Below are positions 63,600-64,000 of a stretch of 64,000 nt of DNA, one piece after another; position 1 is the stretch's first letter; each line of letters opens with the position of its first letter. Both the position numbers and the translations under genes were made by a program. The stretch spans positions 133,982,001 through 134,046,000 of the forward strand of contig OX597817.1 of the NCBI GenBank assembly GCA_951406725.2. Direction: 5' to 3'. The notes beneath the pieces are model-generated. The model did no database searches. It saw only the letters and a program-made list of their open reading frames with translations, and was not told the DNA's origin. Source of the stretch: Octopus vulgaris. Lineage: Eukaryota.

Positions 63600-63935
63600 T
63601 CTACAGCAAACTCGATGGAAGAAAGAACTGCAAAAGATGATAATGCTGAAGGTGTCGGTGATGACGTCGATAATGGTGAGGATGGTAGGATGATGAGGAT
63701 GGTGGCGAGGTTAGTGGCGGGGGCTTAGTGGTGTTGAGACAGTTGCCGATGAGGTGATAACGATGGTGGTGTTTGATGGCAATGCTGTTGAAGGTGATGA
63801 TGATGATATTAACAATGATGATGGTAGTGACATTGACGTTGTTCGTGGTAATGATGATAGCGATGATGATGATGATGTTGAAAGCAGTGAAGGAGGGGAT
63901 GGTGGGGTGTGTGAAGAATCTACGTTGAATTCTTG
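63600..63935 (-). other. (TCA/CCA)-rich low-complexity tract, possibly a Ser/Thr/Pro-rich terminal exon (63711-63935)
   Basis: Acceptor-like tcattcattgcag precedes an open frame QEFNVDSSHTPPSPPSLLSTSSSS..PRH*. Similar composition continues past the stop in other frames. Confidence 0.25.
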
Positions 63936-64000
63936 CTGCAATGAATGATTGAAGATCAATCAATCAATATAAGTAGAATCTATGGCTGCCTGCCGCTAGA

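Overview
Eukaryotic, AT-rich, repeat-dense DNA. The SINE families look like those of octopus/cephalopod genomes, but this is recalled from memory and not verified. No intact host protein-coding gene is evident. The window contains: (1) a cluster of decayed, intron-containing beta-tubulin pseudogene fragments in the first ~9 kb; (2) a near-intact 3.8-kb hAT DNA transposon inserted in a (TA)n microsatellite (22721-26504); (3) remnants of Tigger/pogo, mariner, maT/Tc1-like, RTE, CR1-like, Tx1/L1-like and Penelope-like (PLE) elements; (4) many SINE copies and microsatellites. The most striking non-coding signal is a set of about nine type I minimal hammerhead ribozyme (HHR) motifs. Several lie in PLE 3' tails. 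One belongs to a fold-back repeat whose two arms each carry a tRNA-like Pol III head followed by an HHR. All alignments and folds were done by eye and need computational confirmation.
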